From: Chthonomonas calidirosea
GTDB lineage: Bacteria; Armatimonadota; Chthonomonadetes; Chthonomonadales; Chthonomonadaceae
Length of the DNA: 57,823 nt
Direction: 5' to 3'
NCBI GenBank assembly: GCA_945878775.1
Contig: CAMCUQ010000001.1
Span: forward strand, 1-57,823
The first letter of the stretch is position 1, and the number at the start of each line of letters is the position of its first letter. Below the pieces are notes generated by a model, which was given only the letters and a program-made list of their open reading frames with translations, had not been told where the DNA came from and ran no database searches. Shown here piece after piece: positions 1 to 10,517 of this stretch. A program made the position numbers and the translations under genes.

Positions 1-324
1 CACATAGTCAAGCCGTTCCCGCAAAGGATTCATACCCAGAACACGTATCGTACCCGTATCTGGTGCAAGCATTCCAGAGAGCATTTTTACGGTGGTGCTT
101 TTGCCCGCTCCGTTTGCGCCCGCATAGGCAACAATCTCCCCCCGCCCGATTTGCAGATTCAGATCGATGAGGGCGTGTACCTCCCGTATATTGGGACGAA
201 ACAGGCTTCTGAGAGCGTCTCCGACCTTTTCCGAGCGTTGACGTTGGCGAAAGGTTTTGGAGACGCCCACTATATTAACAACGATGTCCGAACTGGGAGT
301 AGCGTTGTGAACCAATGCGCTCAT
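1..324 (-). CDS. ABC transporter ATP-binding protein, N-terminal part (3' end cut by window edge)
   Basis: My own reverse-strand translation from ATG (complement of 322-324) stays open to position 1. It reads MSALVHNATPSSDIVVNIVGVSKTF...EIVAYAGANGAGKSTTVKMLSGMLAPDTGTIRVLG, with Walker A GANGAGKS. It lies downstream of two ABC-2 permease genes on the same strand. The start could be later, since it overlaps the permease stop by 50 nt. Confidence 0.8.
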   Translation of the reverse strand, partial: MSALVHNATPSSDIVVNIVGVSKTFRQRQRSEKVGDALRSLFRPNIREVHALIDLNLQIGRGEIVAYAGANGAGKSTTVKMLSGMLAPDTGTIRVLGMNPLRERLDYV

Positions 325-1132
325 AATAGCGCAGTCCTTTCTGAAAGACCCTGATGGCAATAGCCATGAAGAGCAGACCGGCAAGCGGAGTTTGCAAAAG
401 AGCAAAGGGGGAGTGCTGCATCCCCAAAAGAGCGAGAGAGGGAAGCCACGTCACAAACCCCAACGGCAATGCACTGAGCAGCCCCCCCATTAACCACCCT
501 CCTATCCCATCCAAAGGGTACGACTTGAGTTGATTGATCAGTTGCATGGTGGAGCTACTCAACTCTTCGGCGGCACGAGGTGCGCGAAATGCCAAACTAC
601 CCCAACCCACCTGAAACGCCATGACAACCGCCACGGACGCGAGGAGGTTTATGCCGAACCATAGCCACCAACCAACAGAGGTCACAAGGTGCAGTGCCGA
701 CAATGAATAGTAGAGCAGGCAGATGCCGGGGATCGTAGTGGGTATTCCAAACATAGGGCTGAACCCCTCGGTTAGCAAAGCGAGTGGGATAGGAACGGGC
801 TGAATGAGCGTGTGATCAAACTGCCCACGCCCAAGCCTTCTGCTGAGAAAGGCGACATTGTAGCTAAAGAAAATAGCGATGACGCCATCCACGAGAGCCG
901 AATAGCCAAGCAGGAAGAAGACCTGCGCCACTGTCCACCCTCCAATGCCTCCAAACCTCTGTGCCAATAAGAGCATCCCTGTGATGGAGGCAAAATTAAG
1001 AACCGTGTCGGAGAGTGCCCACGTCGCAAACGTGCGAAAGTCGCGGGTCATCAGGAGGAAGTCCATGCGGGCATAGACTCCCCACAACTGAAAGAGCCGA
1101 CGCAACCAGTAGAGAATTCTTTTAGCCACCAT
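275..1132 (-). CDS. ABC-2 family transporter permease (second of two)
   Basis: Polytopic hydrophobic ORF in a permease-permease-ATPase arrangement. I place the start at internal ATG 1132 (MVAKRILYWLRRL...), which overlaps the upstream permease stop by 11 nt. The ORF itself is open to 1177. Confidence 0.65.
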   Translation of the reverse strand: MVAKRILYWLRRLFQLWGVYARMDFLLMTRDFRTFATWALSDTVLNFASITGMLLLAQRFGGIGGWTVAQVFFLLGYSALVDGVIAIFFSYNVAFLSRRLGRGQFDHTLIQPVPIPLALLTEGFSPMFGIPTTIPGICLLYYSLSALHLVTSVGWWLWFGINLLASVAVVMAFQVGWGSLAFRAPRAAEELSSSTMQLINQLKSYPLDGIGGWLMGGLLSALPLGFVTWLPSLALLGMQHSPFALLQTPLAGLLFMAIAIRVFQKGLRYYERIGSQRYSQFGHRC

Positions 1133-1910
1133 ACGCCACCATCTTTTCTCGGTTTTTCTCCCAAAGCCAATGTGCAAAGCCCAAGAGTAGCACTGCCCAA
1201 AAGAGTTGCAAGCCTAGTAGAAAGCCTATCTCGGTGCTTCCTGTGTAGATCGAAAGGGGCGCAGAGGCTTGACCAGCAAAGGGGAGGAGGGCAAATATCT
1301 TTCCAAGCCCGAAAGGGAGGATCGCAAGCGGAATGAACGCCCCCGAAAGCAAAGCTCCTAATGCAGCACGCATCTGGTTAATGACGTAGGGATGTACTTG
1401 TACCCCTATGGCGATTCCTGCAAACACATACTCGATTCCTAGCCCCACCATCACCGCAAGCCCAAGGCTGAGGAGAGCCAGTAGCCCCGCTATGGGGGTT
1501 GTGGGCAGAGCACTGACTCCCATAAGAGGGGCGCAAAGCAACAGAGGAATTGAAAAGAGGCACAGGTTGAAAGCGATAGTCCCTGACCACTCTGCGGCGA
1601 ACTGCCCGAAGACGCCAATGGGACGTAGCAAGCGCGTGGCGATAGAGCCATCCCAAAAGCTACTCTCTAGCCATGTCCGGCACTCCATCATATCTCGAAA
1701 GGCTTCCGAAAGGAGGGTGTAAGTGAGAAGGTGCATGAGCGTGTAGCCCGAAACCTCTGCCCTTCCGTGCATGACAACACGCCAAATTTGGAGTAGCAAT
1801 AGCACTCGCAAGAGGCGCATGAGGTAAGTGACCGCAAAGAGGCTATTATCCCCTATCTGTGCCGTAGCAGACATGAGCGCAGATTGAAAATACCCCTTGA
1901 GCAGTCGCAT
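1122..1910 (-). CDS. ABC-2 family transporter permease (first of two)
   Basis: 262-aa multi-pass membrane ORF that overlaps and is co-oriented with the next permease and the ATPase. Confidence 0.65.
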   Translation of the reverse strand: MRLLKGYFQSALMSATAQIGDNSLFAVTYLMRLLRVLLLLQIWRVVMHGRAEVSGYTLMHLLTYTLLSEAFRDMMECRTWLESSFWDGSIATRLLRPIGVFGQFAAEWSGTIAFNLCLFSIPLLLCAPLMGVSALPTTPIAGLLALLSLGLAVMVGLGIEYVFAGIAIGVQVHPYVINQMRAALGALLSGAFIPLAILPFGLGKIFALLPFAGQASAPLSIYTGSTEIGFLLGLQLFWAVLLLGFAHWLWEKNREKMVAYGG

Positions 1911-1993
1911 CCCCGTTTTACTCCCCTTTTTGATGTGTCGCGATTCTCTTTGTCGCTTCGAGTCGCCTGTTTGCTTAAGAGATAACGCAACAA

Positions 1994-2015
1994 GCGACTC
2001 GTTTGCGCGAGTCGC
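1994..2015 (-). terminator. Possible intrinsic terminator hairpin after the DUF2500 gene
   Basis: GCGACTCG-6 nt-CGAGTCGC perfect 8-bp stem lying 54 nt downstream of the 2069 stop. On the minus strand it is followed by TTGTTGCGTTATC, which is only moderately T-rich. Confidence 0.35.
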
Positions 2016-2068
2016 CTGCTTTTGACCACCTTTAATGTTCCGATCCCATCGATTGTGTAGAGAATGGG

Positions 2069-2443
2069 CTATAGAGTGCGATTGAAGCCAAGATAGCGCG
2101 TGCCCTGGTATTCCAGCGTCCCAGTATCGTCATCTGCGAGCATTCCAAACTCTTTATCACGAACTCGAAATTCCCGACGTTCACCCGACTCTAGCTCAAA
2201 TGTTACATAGTAGGTCGTGGAAGCGGAGTCTGATATGTGCGTGTCCGAATGATGATGGTGTACGCTTGTGGAGTGTCGCTTGGTCGCCACACGCGCAGGA
2301 ACCGAAAGGATAGGTTGATTGTTGTTATCTGCCCACTCCGAGACACCTGATACGATCCTATAGAGTATCGTGCCTACTACCAGCATTACCATGACAGAGA
2401 AAAGGAGTCCAAAGGCAGAGAAAAGGAATCCAAATGCTTCCAT
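2069..2443 (-). CDS. DUF2500 (YhhM-like) membrane-anchored protein
   Basis: N-terminal TM helix plus C-terminal ...YYVTFELESGERREFRVRDKEFGMLADDDTGTLEYQGTRYLGFNR. This matches the remembered YhhM/DUF2500 pattern (...FRLDAQQYHALTVGDKGTLSYKGTRFVSF). Confidence 0.7.
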   Translation of the reverse strand: MEAFGFLFSAFGLLFSVMVMLVVGTILYRIVSGVSEWADNNNQPILSVPARVATKRHSTSVHHHHSDTHISDSASTTYYVTFELESGERREFRVRDKEFGMLADDDTGTLEYQGTRYLGFNRTL

Positions 2444-2604
2444 CGAGCGGTTCCTCTCTAGCGTGAGCCATCACCTCTCTACAAACAGTAGGTATCCCCT
2501 CAGAGTTGCCCGCTGTTTTTCAGGAGCAGATACCTGCCTTTGTAGAGGGTCACAATCGTTTGTGCATCCGAAGCGACTCTCTAAAAGAGCGAGGTGCTTA
2601 CCCC

Positions 2605-3381
2605 CTAATGGGGGTTGTAATCGTCGGAGCCTTTGTCGGGCAAGGGAAGTATCCACAAATTGCGATACTCAACGGTGTTGCCATGATCTTGGAAGATGAT
2701 AACGTTGGGGTCCATCGTGTCGCGTCCAGAACCGATGCCCGTTGCGCCTAAAACAATCTCCGTGTTGTTCTGCACAGGAATTCCGTTATGGAGTACGGTC
2801 ACACGTGCCAGCGCAGTCTTGTTGCCTTGCGCGTCCAGCCTTGGACGACGAAAGATAATATCGTAAGACTGCCACTCATTGGGGGCTTTTGAGGCGGGAA
2901 CCAGAGGTGCGGCTTGACTGTAGACCGATCCGCAGTCTCCTTTACCGGGAAGCTTGAAACCGAAAGAGTCTAGCACTTGTATCTCGTACTTGCCCTGCAA
3001 CCCGATACCGCTGTTTCCACGCCCCTGCCCACTTGCGTTGGGCATGAAGGGGACTTTGAACTCGACGTGAAACATATAGTCGGCAAATTTTTGGCGAGTA
3101 GTGATGTCTCCACCGCCTACCACCAACGCGCCATCCTTAATGCGCCAGTGTCCCGGCTGATTGGTTCCGCGTCGCACAAAATTGGCTTTCAACTCTTCCG
3201 GCTGACCAGAAAAGAGAACGACGGCTCCGGGAGGGAGTGAAGCCATATTCTGTTTGCCAGTCGGCTTATGCCAAAGGGTGGCGGTACTGCCGACAAACGC
3301 CAATAGCACTAGCCCATGCCAAAGAGAGCGAGAAAAAAGAGGTCTCTGTGTCAATGTAAATATTCTCCTTTTAAAAGGCAC
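2605..3381 (-). CDS. DUF1080 domain protein (3-keto-disaccharide hydrolase-like), secreted
   Basis: Signal/TM N-terminus with motifs HWRIKDGALV, FHVEFKV, NSGIGLQGKYEIQVLDS, EWQSYDIIF and VEYRNLWILPL typical of DUF1080. GTG start. Confidence 0.75.
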   Translation of the reverse strand: MPFKRRIFTLTQRPLFSRSLWHGLVLLAFVGSTATLWHKPTGKQNMASLPPGAVVLFSGQPEELKANFVRRGTNQPGHWRIKDGALVVGGGDITTRQKFADYMFHVEFKVPFMPNASGQGRGNSGIGLQGKYEIQVLDSFGFKLPGKGDCGSVYSQAAPLVPASKAPNEWQSYDIIFRRPRLDAQGNKTALARVTVLHNGIPVQNNTEIVLGATGIGSGRDTMDPNVIIFQDHGNTVEYRNLWILPLPDKGSDDYNPH

Positions 3382-3501
3382 AGTTCTATGCCTTCTGTTT
3401 TTGTGAGAGGGTACGCATAAAGTTCACATGCAAATAAAATATGAACTTGAAAGCGGTAGAGGCGCAGTCTGGGTTTTCAAAGGAGTGGTTTTGGGTATTT
3501 C

Positions 3502-4398
3502 TTAGCCTTGCGCGGACAGGCTCGCCACTTCTTGTACTGCTTGCTCCACTGCCTGCGTTTGCAGATTCATCTGCGTGACAGCCAAAGTGATCTCCTCAAC
3601 TGCGGGCGAGGCTAGAGAAGGAGTGGTATGCATTCGCATTAAGGTAGACTGGATTGAAGCAAGGGTTTGTTGGAGAGCCTCTTGTTGCGCCGTCACACGC
3701 TGAAGGTTCTGTTCTATTATGCGCGTGTCAGCCAAACGTGCCTCACACATCCGCAAACTTTGCTGTAGTGCCTGAAGTGTCACGGGATCATCCGTCTCGC
3801 TCAATCGCTGTATGAATCCAGCACGGCTCGCTTCCAGCATCGCAACCGAATGCTGACTGATGGCTTTGGTAAGCCGCTGATGTTGTGTTTCCAAATGGCG
3901 ATTGTTTGCCATAAGCTCGTTTAGCCGGAGGAGAATGCCCCGCGCCGTATTCTCCTTCACTCTCCCCTGTAAGGCAATGAGGAGAGAAACCGTCTCGGTA
4001 TAAAGATATTCCATGGGGGAAAGATTCATCAACGCCCCTGCTGCAAATATCACATCCGAGGGCAAATTGGTACGGCAACTGACCAATAGGTCTCTGCGGA
4101 GGGTATGCCAAAGGCTTGCACCGGAAATAAGCAAACTGAGACCTAACAGACCTCCAAATAACCAGGTCTGACTCTCAAATCGCATACCAACCATAATGCA
4201 TAGATACCCCGCGCCAACAGGCACAAAATTCAGCCACCCTGCTCCCAGCCATCGGTGTCTTGAGAGAGCCGTGAGGAGGCGTTTCTGCTCTTCTGTCTTC
4301 TCTGTTTGAAGCGAATTTGGGGAAGGAGCGACGGCGTTGAGGCACTCCCCAAACGCCGCCGCCACATTCGAATCGAGATCGTTCAGTCCTATTGCCAT
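3502..4398 (-). CDS. Hypothetical membrane protein with Q-rich coiled-coil C-terminal half
   Basis: 298-aa ORF with two hydrophobic helices followed by long heptad-like Q/L/A-rich sequence. No family recognised. Confidence 0.5.
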   Translation of the reverse strand: MAIGLNDLDSNVAAAFGECLNAVAPSPNSLQTEKTEEQKRLLTALSRHRWLGAGWLNFVPVGAGYLCIMVGMRFESQTWLFGGLLGLSLLISGASLWHTLRRDLLVSCRTNLPSDVIFAAGALMNLSPMEYLYTETVSLLIALQGRVKENTARGILLRLNELMANNRHLETQHQRLTKAISQHSVAMLEASRAGFIQRLSETDDPVTLQALQQSLRMCEARLADTRIIEQNLQRVTAQQEALQQTLASIQSTLMRMHTTPSLASPAVEEITLAVTQMNLQTQAVEQAVQEVASLSAQG

Positions 4399-4584
4399 CG
4401 TGCTATCTTCTCTCCCCGTCGCGTTCAGGCATGAGGAGGCTCGTTGGGTACTGCTACCACACCATCGACGTAAAATAAGGCTGAAGCCCCAATCGCTCGC
4501 CGTGTCGCCACATAAGCCACCGGAAAACGGGTCAACAGTCTCAGAATAGCCTCTGTGGTTACTCCGAAACTGCTTCCCATAAGC

Positions 4585-6045
4585 CTAGAATAGCCCTGTG
4601 ACAACCTTGCCCTTCACCAGTTCGCGCGGTTGGTTCAGGTGGTTGTAGACGATTGTATCTGGCGCAATCCCCAGTGTATGGTAGACCGTTGCCAGCAGAT
4701 CGGTTGGATGAACGGGGTTCTCGACGGGGGTGGAGCCTGTGGCATCCGACTTGCCGAATACGCGCCCTCCAGGAACACCTCCACCTGCAATCATTCCGGT
4801 GTAGCAGTAGGGCCAGTGATCTCTTCCATCGGGTGCGTTGCCGTTACCAGAGGTGCTAACTCCCAGTCGGGGTGAGCGTCCAAACTCTCCAATGGCGAGG
4901 ACAAGGGTGTCTTGGAGCATTCCCCGTTGAGAGAGGTCTTCCAGCAGAGCAGAAAGCGCACTATCTAGCTTGGGGCAGTGCAGATTCTTGAGGGGTCCAA
5001 AGTTGGCGGCATGGGTATCCCATGCGGTTGTGTTCGGGTCTCCATTTGCCACAGAGGGCCAGTTCACCTGCACAAATCGGGTTCCTGCCTGAATGAGGCG
5101 TCGCGCAATGAGAGCAGACTGCCCAAAGGTGTGGCGTCCATAGCGATCCCGGACTCGATCTGGCTCTTTGGTGAGATCAAAGGCTTCGCGGGCATGCCCT
5201 GAGAGTATCAAGCCGAGTGCCTTCTCATAGTAGGAGTCGAGGGCAAAGGAGCTGACAGCTTTTTCGAGTTCTGGCATCCCCTCGTCGATAGTTTTACGAA
5301 GTCCAGCACGTCGTTCAAGGCGAGCACGTGAGACCTCCGTTCTCAAGGTGAGATCATCGAGTTTGATCTTATCCATCTTCGTCTGATCGGTGTCATCGCC
5401 AGATGGATAAAGATAATAGGGGTCATACGCCTTCCCCAAAAACCCTGCGGTTCCCGCTTTCCCAACAATGTTACTCTCTTGTAGAGGGCGGGGTAGCATA
5501 ACGAAGGGTAGCATCGGAGTGGTTGGTGGCAAAAACTTCGAGACATGGGAGCCGACGTTGGGATAATCGGAGGGGTGTGGTGGCTCTAACTGTCCCGAAG
5601 GAGAGACACGATCCGCCTGCTCACCTGTCAGCATCTGATACATAGCTGCGGTATGGTTAAAGAGACCGTTTGGCGTGTAGGATACAGAGCGAATGAGGGT
5701 CGCCTTGTCCATCTGCTGTGCGAGTTTGGGCATGACTTCGGAGAGCCATATTCCAGGGACATTGGTGCGAATGGGCTTGAACTCTCCGCGCACGTTGCTA
5801 GGGGCATCGGGCTTGGGGTCCCAAATGTCGATATGACTGGGTCCACCTTGCAGATAGATGAGAATGACCGATTTTGCTTTTTTCCAGCCCGGTCTCCCTC
5901 CTGCGGGATTCGCCTCTGCGCGCGCCTCTTGCTCCAATGCCGACGAGAGACTCAAGCCAAGCAGGGAAGCTCCTCCCACCTGTAAAATATCACGACGGGT
6001 CAATCCATCGCAGAGTTGTCCCTGTTTTCCAGGAATATAGAGCAT
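4585..6045 (-). CDS. DUF1501 domain protein (sulfatase-fold), Tat-type signal
   Basis: N-terminal [16 protein letters not shown] twin-arginine-like signal. Also [18 protein letters not shown] and GEFGRSP...GRDHWP motifs typical of DUF1501. Confidence 0.85.
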   Translation of the reverse strand: MLYIPGKQGQLCDGLTRRDILQVGGASLLGLSLSSALEQEARAEANPAGGRPGWKKAKSVILIYLQGGPSHIDIWDPKPDAPSNVRGEFKPIRTNVPGIWLSEVMPKLAQQMDKATLIRSVSYTPNGLFNHTAAMYQMLTGEQADRVSPSGQLEPPHPSDYPNVGSHVSKFLPPTTPMLPFVMLPRPLQESNIVGKAGTAGFLGKAYDPYYLYPSGDDTDQTKMDKIKLDDLTLRTEVSRARLERRAGLRKTIDEGMPELEKAVSSFALDSYYEKALGLILSGHAREAFDLTKEPDRVRDRYGRHTFGQSALIARRLIQAGTRFVQVNWPSVANGDPNTTAWDTHAANFGPLKNLHCPKLDSALSALLEDLSQRGMLQDTLVLAIGEFGRSPRLGVSTSGNGNAPDGRDHWPYCYTGMIAGGGVPGGRVFGKSDATGSTPVENPVHPTDLLATVYHTLGIAPDTIVYNHLNQPRELVKGKVVTGLF

Positions 6046-6211
6046 GGTCTGTTCTCCTTCAAGCCCCGAAATGGGCTTCTATGACGAATGAGAGGGTTCT
6101 GGGAGTCGCTGTAGTATGCGCTCCAATTCTTCCACACGTTGTATTGGTAATTTGATGCACTATGCCGTCTGTTATGAGGGCAAAGCCCTGTACTCAGCTA
6201 AATTGACTTAT

Positions 6212-6802
6212 CTACCCTAGCAAGTCAGAGATGGCAAGAGAGCTTGTTGGCAACGCAAGAGGAGAGAGGCTTTCTCCCTCACTCCACTCTGTCACACTCT
6301 CATACCCCTCCACCGTTGGCTCCCGATGCACAATCACTCTCCGTCCAATAACGTCTAAAACCCAATACTCTGAAATCCCCGATTGGGCATAGAGTTGTGC
6401 TTTTACGGAGAGATCAAAGCGCAAGCTACTGTCGGCTATCTCTACAACTAAGAGCAGGTCTTCAGGCGAAGGGTTCTCCTCTTTATAGGCACGCCGTCCC
6501 TCTTTGGTGACAGTGACATCTGGCTCTGGCTCATTCCAAACACCCAACTCACCGAGGATACGGATCGGAGTCTGTACACGAATCCTCTCGCTCAGAAAGA
6601 GCCTTGCCAATGCATCGGAGAGAATACCTATTAAGTAGGCATGGTAGCCCGACTGTCCCATCTTGTCAATAATAATCCCTTCGATAAGCTCATAGCGTCC
6701 TTGCAAGAAACCTTGTTCACGAAAAACATCACATTGTTCGAGCGTCCACCGCTTAGGAGTAGGTGGAAAACCGCTCTCGGAGGTAATTGCTAATGCTTTC
6801 AC
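6212..6802 (-). CDS. Uma2 family (DUF820) putative endonuclease
   Basis: PEPDVTV...LLVVEIADSSLRFDLSVKAQLYAQSGISEYWVLDV matches the Uma2/DUF820 PD-(D/E)xK-like core. Confidence 0.75.
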   Translation of the reverse strand: MKALAITSESGFPPTPKRWTLEQCDVFREQGFLQGRYELIEGIIIDKMGQSGYHAYLIGILSDALARLFLSERIRVQTPIRILGELGVWNEPEPDVTVTKEGRRAYKEENPSPEDLLLVVEIADSSLRFDLSVKAQLYAQSGISEYWVLDVIGRRVIVHREPTVEGYESVTEWSEGESLSPLALPTSSLAISDLLG

Positions 6803-6862
6803 GGTCTATCCCCTTTTACATAAGTAGTCCATGATGGCTTAAAGAAGGGGCTATTCGTAGCC

Positions 6863-9316
6863 CTAGCGATTAAACAGAAAGGCAGGGCTGTTGATCAATG
6901 CCCACATCAGGTCTTGCGCCCCCTCCATCTTGGAGGGAGACTTCTTAAGGTACTGCAAGGTATTTTGTTGCTCTTTTGCAGTGGGATACCGACAGAGCGT
7001 GGAGAGAAATACCTCTTCTATGACGCGCTCATCGGTAGGATTCGCCTGCATGAAGCGGGCAAGGCGACCCTGCGGATTGGCTATGGCGTCTGAGATGGTG
7101 GGACCATTGATCAGGTTTAGGGCTTGGCTCAGACTCACGTTGCTGACACGCTCACACTCACAAGGAGACTCTCTTGGTGGACGTCCGAAGAGGGTGAGAA
7201 AGGTGTCGCCCCCAGCGATAGCGGCGTCGGGAAGTTGTTTCGCCTTTGTGCCAATGGGTAGCCCCTCAAACTTGGGGACGGTTCCCGTCGCTTGATAGAT
7301 GGCATCTAGGAGTTGCTCCGCCTCAAGACGACGGGGCATGGAGTGTGAGAAGTTGCTTATGTCATCCACATTCCAACGATTTGATTGCAAGGAGTGTTGG
7401 TACGCGCGAGAGAGAACCATCACCCGCATAATATGCTTCAAGTCGAAGCCATTCTTAACAAAGTCGGCGTTAAGAGCCTCTAGCAGTTCTGGGTTCGAGG
7501 GAGGGTTTCCGGCGCGAATGTCATCTACAGGATCGATGATCCCTTTGCCATAGAAGTAGCTCCAGAGCCTATTGACAATGGCACGAGAGAAATAGGGGTT
7601 CTCTGCGGAGGTCAACCACTCCGCAAAGCCGAGCCTACGATCCGTGTTGCTTGCAAGGCGCGACATTTTGCCGATAGGGACTTTGGGTGCAACGACGAGG
7701 TTCGTTTTGGGATGGAGCACCTCTCCCGACTCTTGTGGGAAGATGATCTCAGAACCCGGTTGTCCCCCCTTGTGCCCTACCCGTGCAAAGAAGGCTCCGA
7801 ACTGATAGTATTGGTTTTGAGTCCATCGCTCAAAGGGGTGGTCGTGGCACTTATTACAGGAGAAGCGTACCCCCAGAAAGAGTTGAGTGACGTTCTCTGT
7901 CGCTTTGGAGGTGTCGTTATTGACCCTGTAGAAGTTGGCGGGAGCGTTCTCAAACGAGTCGCCGGAGGCGGTGACTAGCTCACGCACAAAGCGATCATAA
8001 GGCATATTGCTGGAGATCGCCTGATGGAGCCACAGACGGAATTTGACGACGCCTCTATCCCCCAAGAACTTGCTATTCGCGCTCAACAGGTCTGCCCATT
8101 TGTTTGTCCATCGCTCATCGAACTCTGGAGAGCGAAGCAGTGCATCCACCAAGCGAGTGCGTTTTGCCGTTGTGGGCGTTGTGTCTTTCACAAATGCACG
8201 TACCTGTGCAGGTGTAGGAGGTGCACCGATAAGATCGATAGCGACACGGCGCAGATACGTTGCATCGTCACAAACAGGGGAAGGGATCGCTTTTATTTTT
8301 TGCAGTTTGGCGTCGACAAATTTATCGACATAGTTAAAGCGAGGAAGCTGCACCCACTGATAGCCCGTCCGATCTCCAATCACGGTGAGAGGCAGCGAGG
8401 CATAATTGCCCTCATAGCGCACCAGAAGAGCGGCTTCTCCACGGCGAACTGCCTTCAATTTGCCTGTAGTAGAGGCAGTAGCGACTTCCGAAAGGCTACT
8501 GGTAAAAACCCCTTGCTTAGTTACGTCACGGGTACTGCCGTCGGCATAGTGCGCGATAACGAGAGTTTTCTGCTCATAGCCCGGTAGGTTCAGATTCGCG
8601 ACACGGGGCAGGACTTCGATGCGAGTCAGTTTGGGAGCCACCTTGAAGTCGTTCACGACTCCTTCACGAATCCACGCCTCTAGTATCTGATAGTAGCGGG
8701 TTCCCGGAATGAAGAGAGTTCCTCCCTTATGGGGAACCATGCCCGCAGGTTTGAGAAGCATGAGGCTCTGCATGGGATCGACTCGGTTAAAGCGACGTCC
8801 ACCAATATCGTCCACCAGTGCATGATAGTCAAAGCTCGGATCATAGCCCCTCAGGGAGAGTTTGAAACCGTTTTTGCCTTTTGCGGAGCCGTGGCAGGTT
8901 CCAGCATTGCATCCAACGCGGCTCATGATCGGCATGACTTCCCGCACGAAACTGATGGGGGGTTGCTTTGCACTCTTGACTTCCACGGGAAGCACGATGC
9001 TTTTGCCTCCTGCGGAGACCGTGATCGTCGTTTTGCCCGCTTTGAGAGGGCTAATGTTCCCCTCATCATCTATTTTGACGATAGGAGAAGCAGGCTTATA
9101 TTTTGCGACGGGAGAGAGGTCTACCCCAATACCATCGGTTCTTTGCCCTGTGACGAGCACAGAACGCATATCGCGCCCATCGAAGAGAGTGAGTTGTGCC
9201 GGTTGTACGGAGATGGATTGGATGGGAGGTGCGCCCTTCTGCGCCATAGCGGGCGCAGCGAGCAACAGTCCTGCGCCGAGAAAGCCTACTATCCTACTCT
9301 GTGTGATACGTGCCAT
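6863..9316 (-). CDS. Big_2 / DUF1549 / DUF1553 (PSD1) domain protein, secreted
   Basis: Signal peptide and Ig-like N-terminus. GCNAGTCHGSAKGKNGFKLSLRGYD (DUF1549 head), SCNKCHDHPFERWTQNQYY (DUF1553 core) and a PSD1-type C-terminus. Confidence 0.85.
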   Translation of the reverse strand: MARITQSRIVGFLGAGLLLAAPAMAQKGAPPIQSISVQPAQLTLFDGRDMRSVLVTGQRTDGIGVDLSPVAKYKPASPIVKIDDEGNISPLKAGKTTITVSAGGKSIVLPVEVKSAKQPPISFVREVMPIMSRVGCNAGTCHGSAKGKNGFKLSLRGYDPSFDYHALVDDIGGRRFNRVDPMQSLMLLKPAGMVPHKGGTLFIPGTRYYQILEAWIREGVVNDFKVAPKLTRIEVLPRVANLNLPGYEQKTLVIAHYADGSTRDVTKQGVFTSSLSEVATASTTGKLKAVRRGEAALLVRYEGNYASLPLTVIGDRTGYQWVQLPRFNYVDKFVDAKLQKIKAIPSPVCDDATYLRRVAIDLIGAPPTPAQVRAFVKDTTPTTAKRTRLVDALLRSPEFDERWTNKWADLLSANSKFLGDRGVVKFRLWLHQAISSNMPYDRFVRELVTASGDSFENAPANFYRVNNDTSKATENVTQLFLGVRFSCNKCHDHPFERWTQNQYYQFGAFFARVGHKGGQPGSEIIFPQESGEVLHPKTNLVVAPKVPIGKMSRLASNTDRRLGFAEWLTSAENPYFSRAIVNRLWSYFYGKGIIDPVDDIRAGNPPSNPELLEALNADFVKNGFDLKHIMRVMVLSRAYQHSLQSNRWNVDDISNFSHSMPRRLEAEQLLDAIYQATGTVPKFEGLPIGTKAKQLPDAAIAGGDTFLTLFGRPPRESPCECERVSNVSLSQALNLINGPTISDAIANPQGRLARFMQANPTDERVIEEVFLSTLCRYPTAKEQQNTLQYLKKSPSKMEGAQDLMWALINSPAFLFNR

Positions 9317-9341
9317 AAGGTATTGTCCTTAGAAGTGCGAG

Positions 9342-10517
9342 CTACTTGGATGCTTTGGTGATAGGAACAGGTGCGAGTGCAGATACCAGTTTTCCACTGG
9401 GCAGATCGTAGATTCGGAGTGTTCCATCGAATCCTCCGACGGCTATCTGCTTGCCATCGGTGCGAAAGGCGAGCGCGTGAATGGTTCCTTTGTGTCCGCG
9501 CAGGGTTGCAATCGGCTTTCCTCCCATGACGGGCTTATCGGGCGCGGCGGGTCCCCCGTTATCAACAGGATAGACGCTGACCTCGTCCCACTCTCCAGCC
9601 ACTGCAAAAAGGGAGGCATCGGAACTGACGGCAAGAACGTTTATCTGCCCAGATTGGCGTGGGTACTCTCGCAAGAGGTTGTGATCCTCTTGGTTCATGG
9701 TGCGGACGGTAGAACGAAAGACTTGATAGAGGCGTGGAACCCCATCATCTCCTCCCACAAAGACCTGTTCGGCTTTGGGGTTTCGCGCCATGGCGCGGTA
9801 TGGGGAGGTGTGTGTATTGATGTCGTCCACAAACGAGCCGTTCTCGGCAACAATGAGTTTTATGGCGCGGTCTCGCCCTGTTGAGAGTATATGCTTGTTG
9901 TCGGTTGCCCAGACGGTGGCAAAAGTCCAGTCGCTGTGGTTATCGAATTTGAGTTTGAGCTTGCCATCGGGAACAGAGACGATTCGGACGGCATTGTCTG
10001 CACCGCCACACCCAAGCAACTTCCCATCGGGGGAGAAAGAGGCTCCAAAGAGGGAGTCGGGGGCGACGTTCGTTGCGCCTATCAGCGTGTAGTTACTCGT
10101 ATTCCAAAACTGCACCTCTCCAAATCGCGCCGGAGCACCTCCTACAATTGCCAACATGTCGCCTTTGGGTGAGTATACTATCGATTCGATTCGGTCGGAT
10201 TTTCCGAGGAGGCGATTGGCAATCCCAGAACCATCTACTTTGTGTATCAAGACCTCACGGTAGCCAGATACCGCCAAAAACTGTCCGTCGGGAGAGTAGG
10301 CAAGCGCGGTAATGACGGGAGGGACACGGTAAGTGGGTGGCACTGCGGGAGTAGCAGGCGCATTTGGAGTTTGGGAGGCGTTTTGTGCCAGTGCCGCAGT
10401 TGCTATCATGCCGGTTGCGGTGCTTCCCAATAGAAATTGAAAAAAGAGGCGTCTATTCATCATGTGCATCTTCTCTATTTTGGGCATAGAGAAGTCTTCC
10501 TTTAGGTTCCGGTACAC
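9342..10517 (-). CDS. WD40/beta-propeller repeat protein, secreted
   Basis: Repeated ...SPDG..LA..G.D..VRI... blades. N-terminal MNRRLFFQFLLGSTATGMIATAALA signal, so the true start is probably an internal Met near 10460. Confidence 0.75.
   Translation of the reverse strand: MYRNLKEDFSMPKIEKMHMMNRRLFFQFLLGSTATGMIATAALAQNASQTPNAPATPAVPPTYRVPPVITALAYSPDGQFLAVSGYREVLIHKVDGSGIANRLLGKSDRIESIVYSPKGDMLAIVGGAPARFGEVQFWNTSNYTLIGATNVAPDSLFGASFSPDGKLLGCGGADNAVRIVSVPDGKLKLKFDNHSDWTFATVWATDNKHILSTGRDRAIKLIVAENGSFVDDINTHTSPYRAMARNPKAEQVFVGGDDGVPRLYQVFRSTVRTMNQEDHNLLREYPRQSGQINVLAVSSDASLFAVAGEWDEVSVYPVDNGGPAAPDKPVMGGKPIATLRGHKGTIHALAFRTDGKQIAVGGFDGTLRIYDLPSGKLVSALAPVPITKASK

Noticed and set aside
1959-2018. 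11-bp direct repeat CGAGTCGCCTG (1959-1969 and 2008-2018) with inverted GCGACTCG between
   Set aside because: This is most simply explained as terminator hairpin material between the DUF2500 gene and the ABC-2 operon. It is too short to call an operator.
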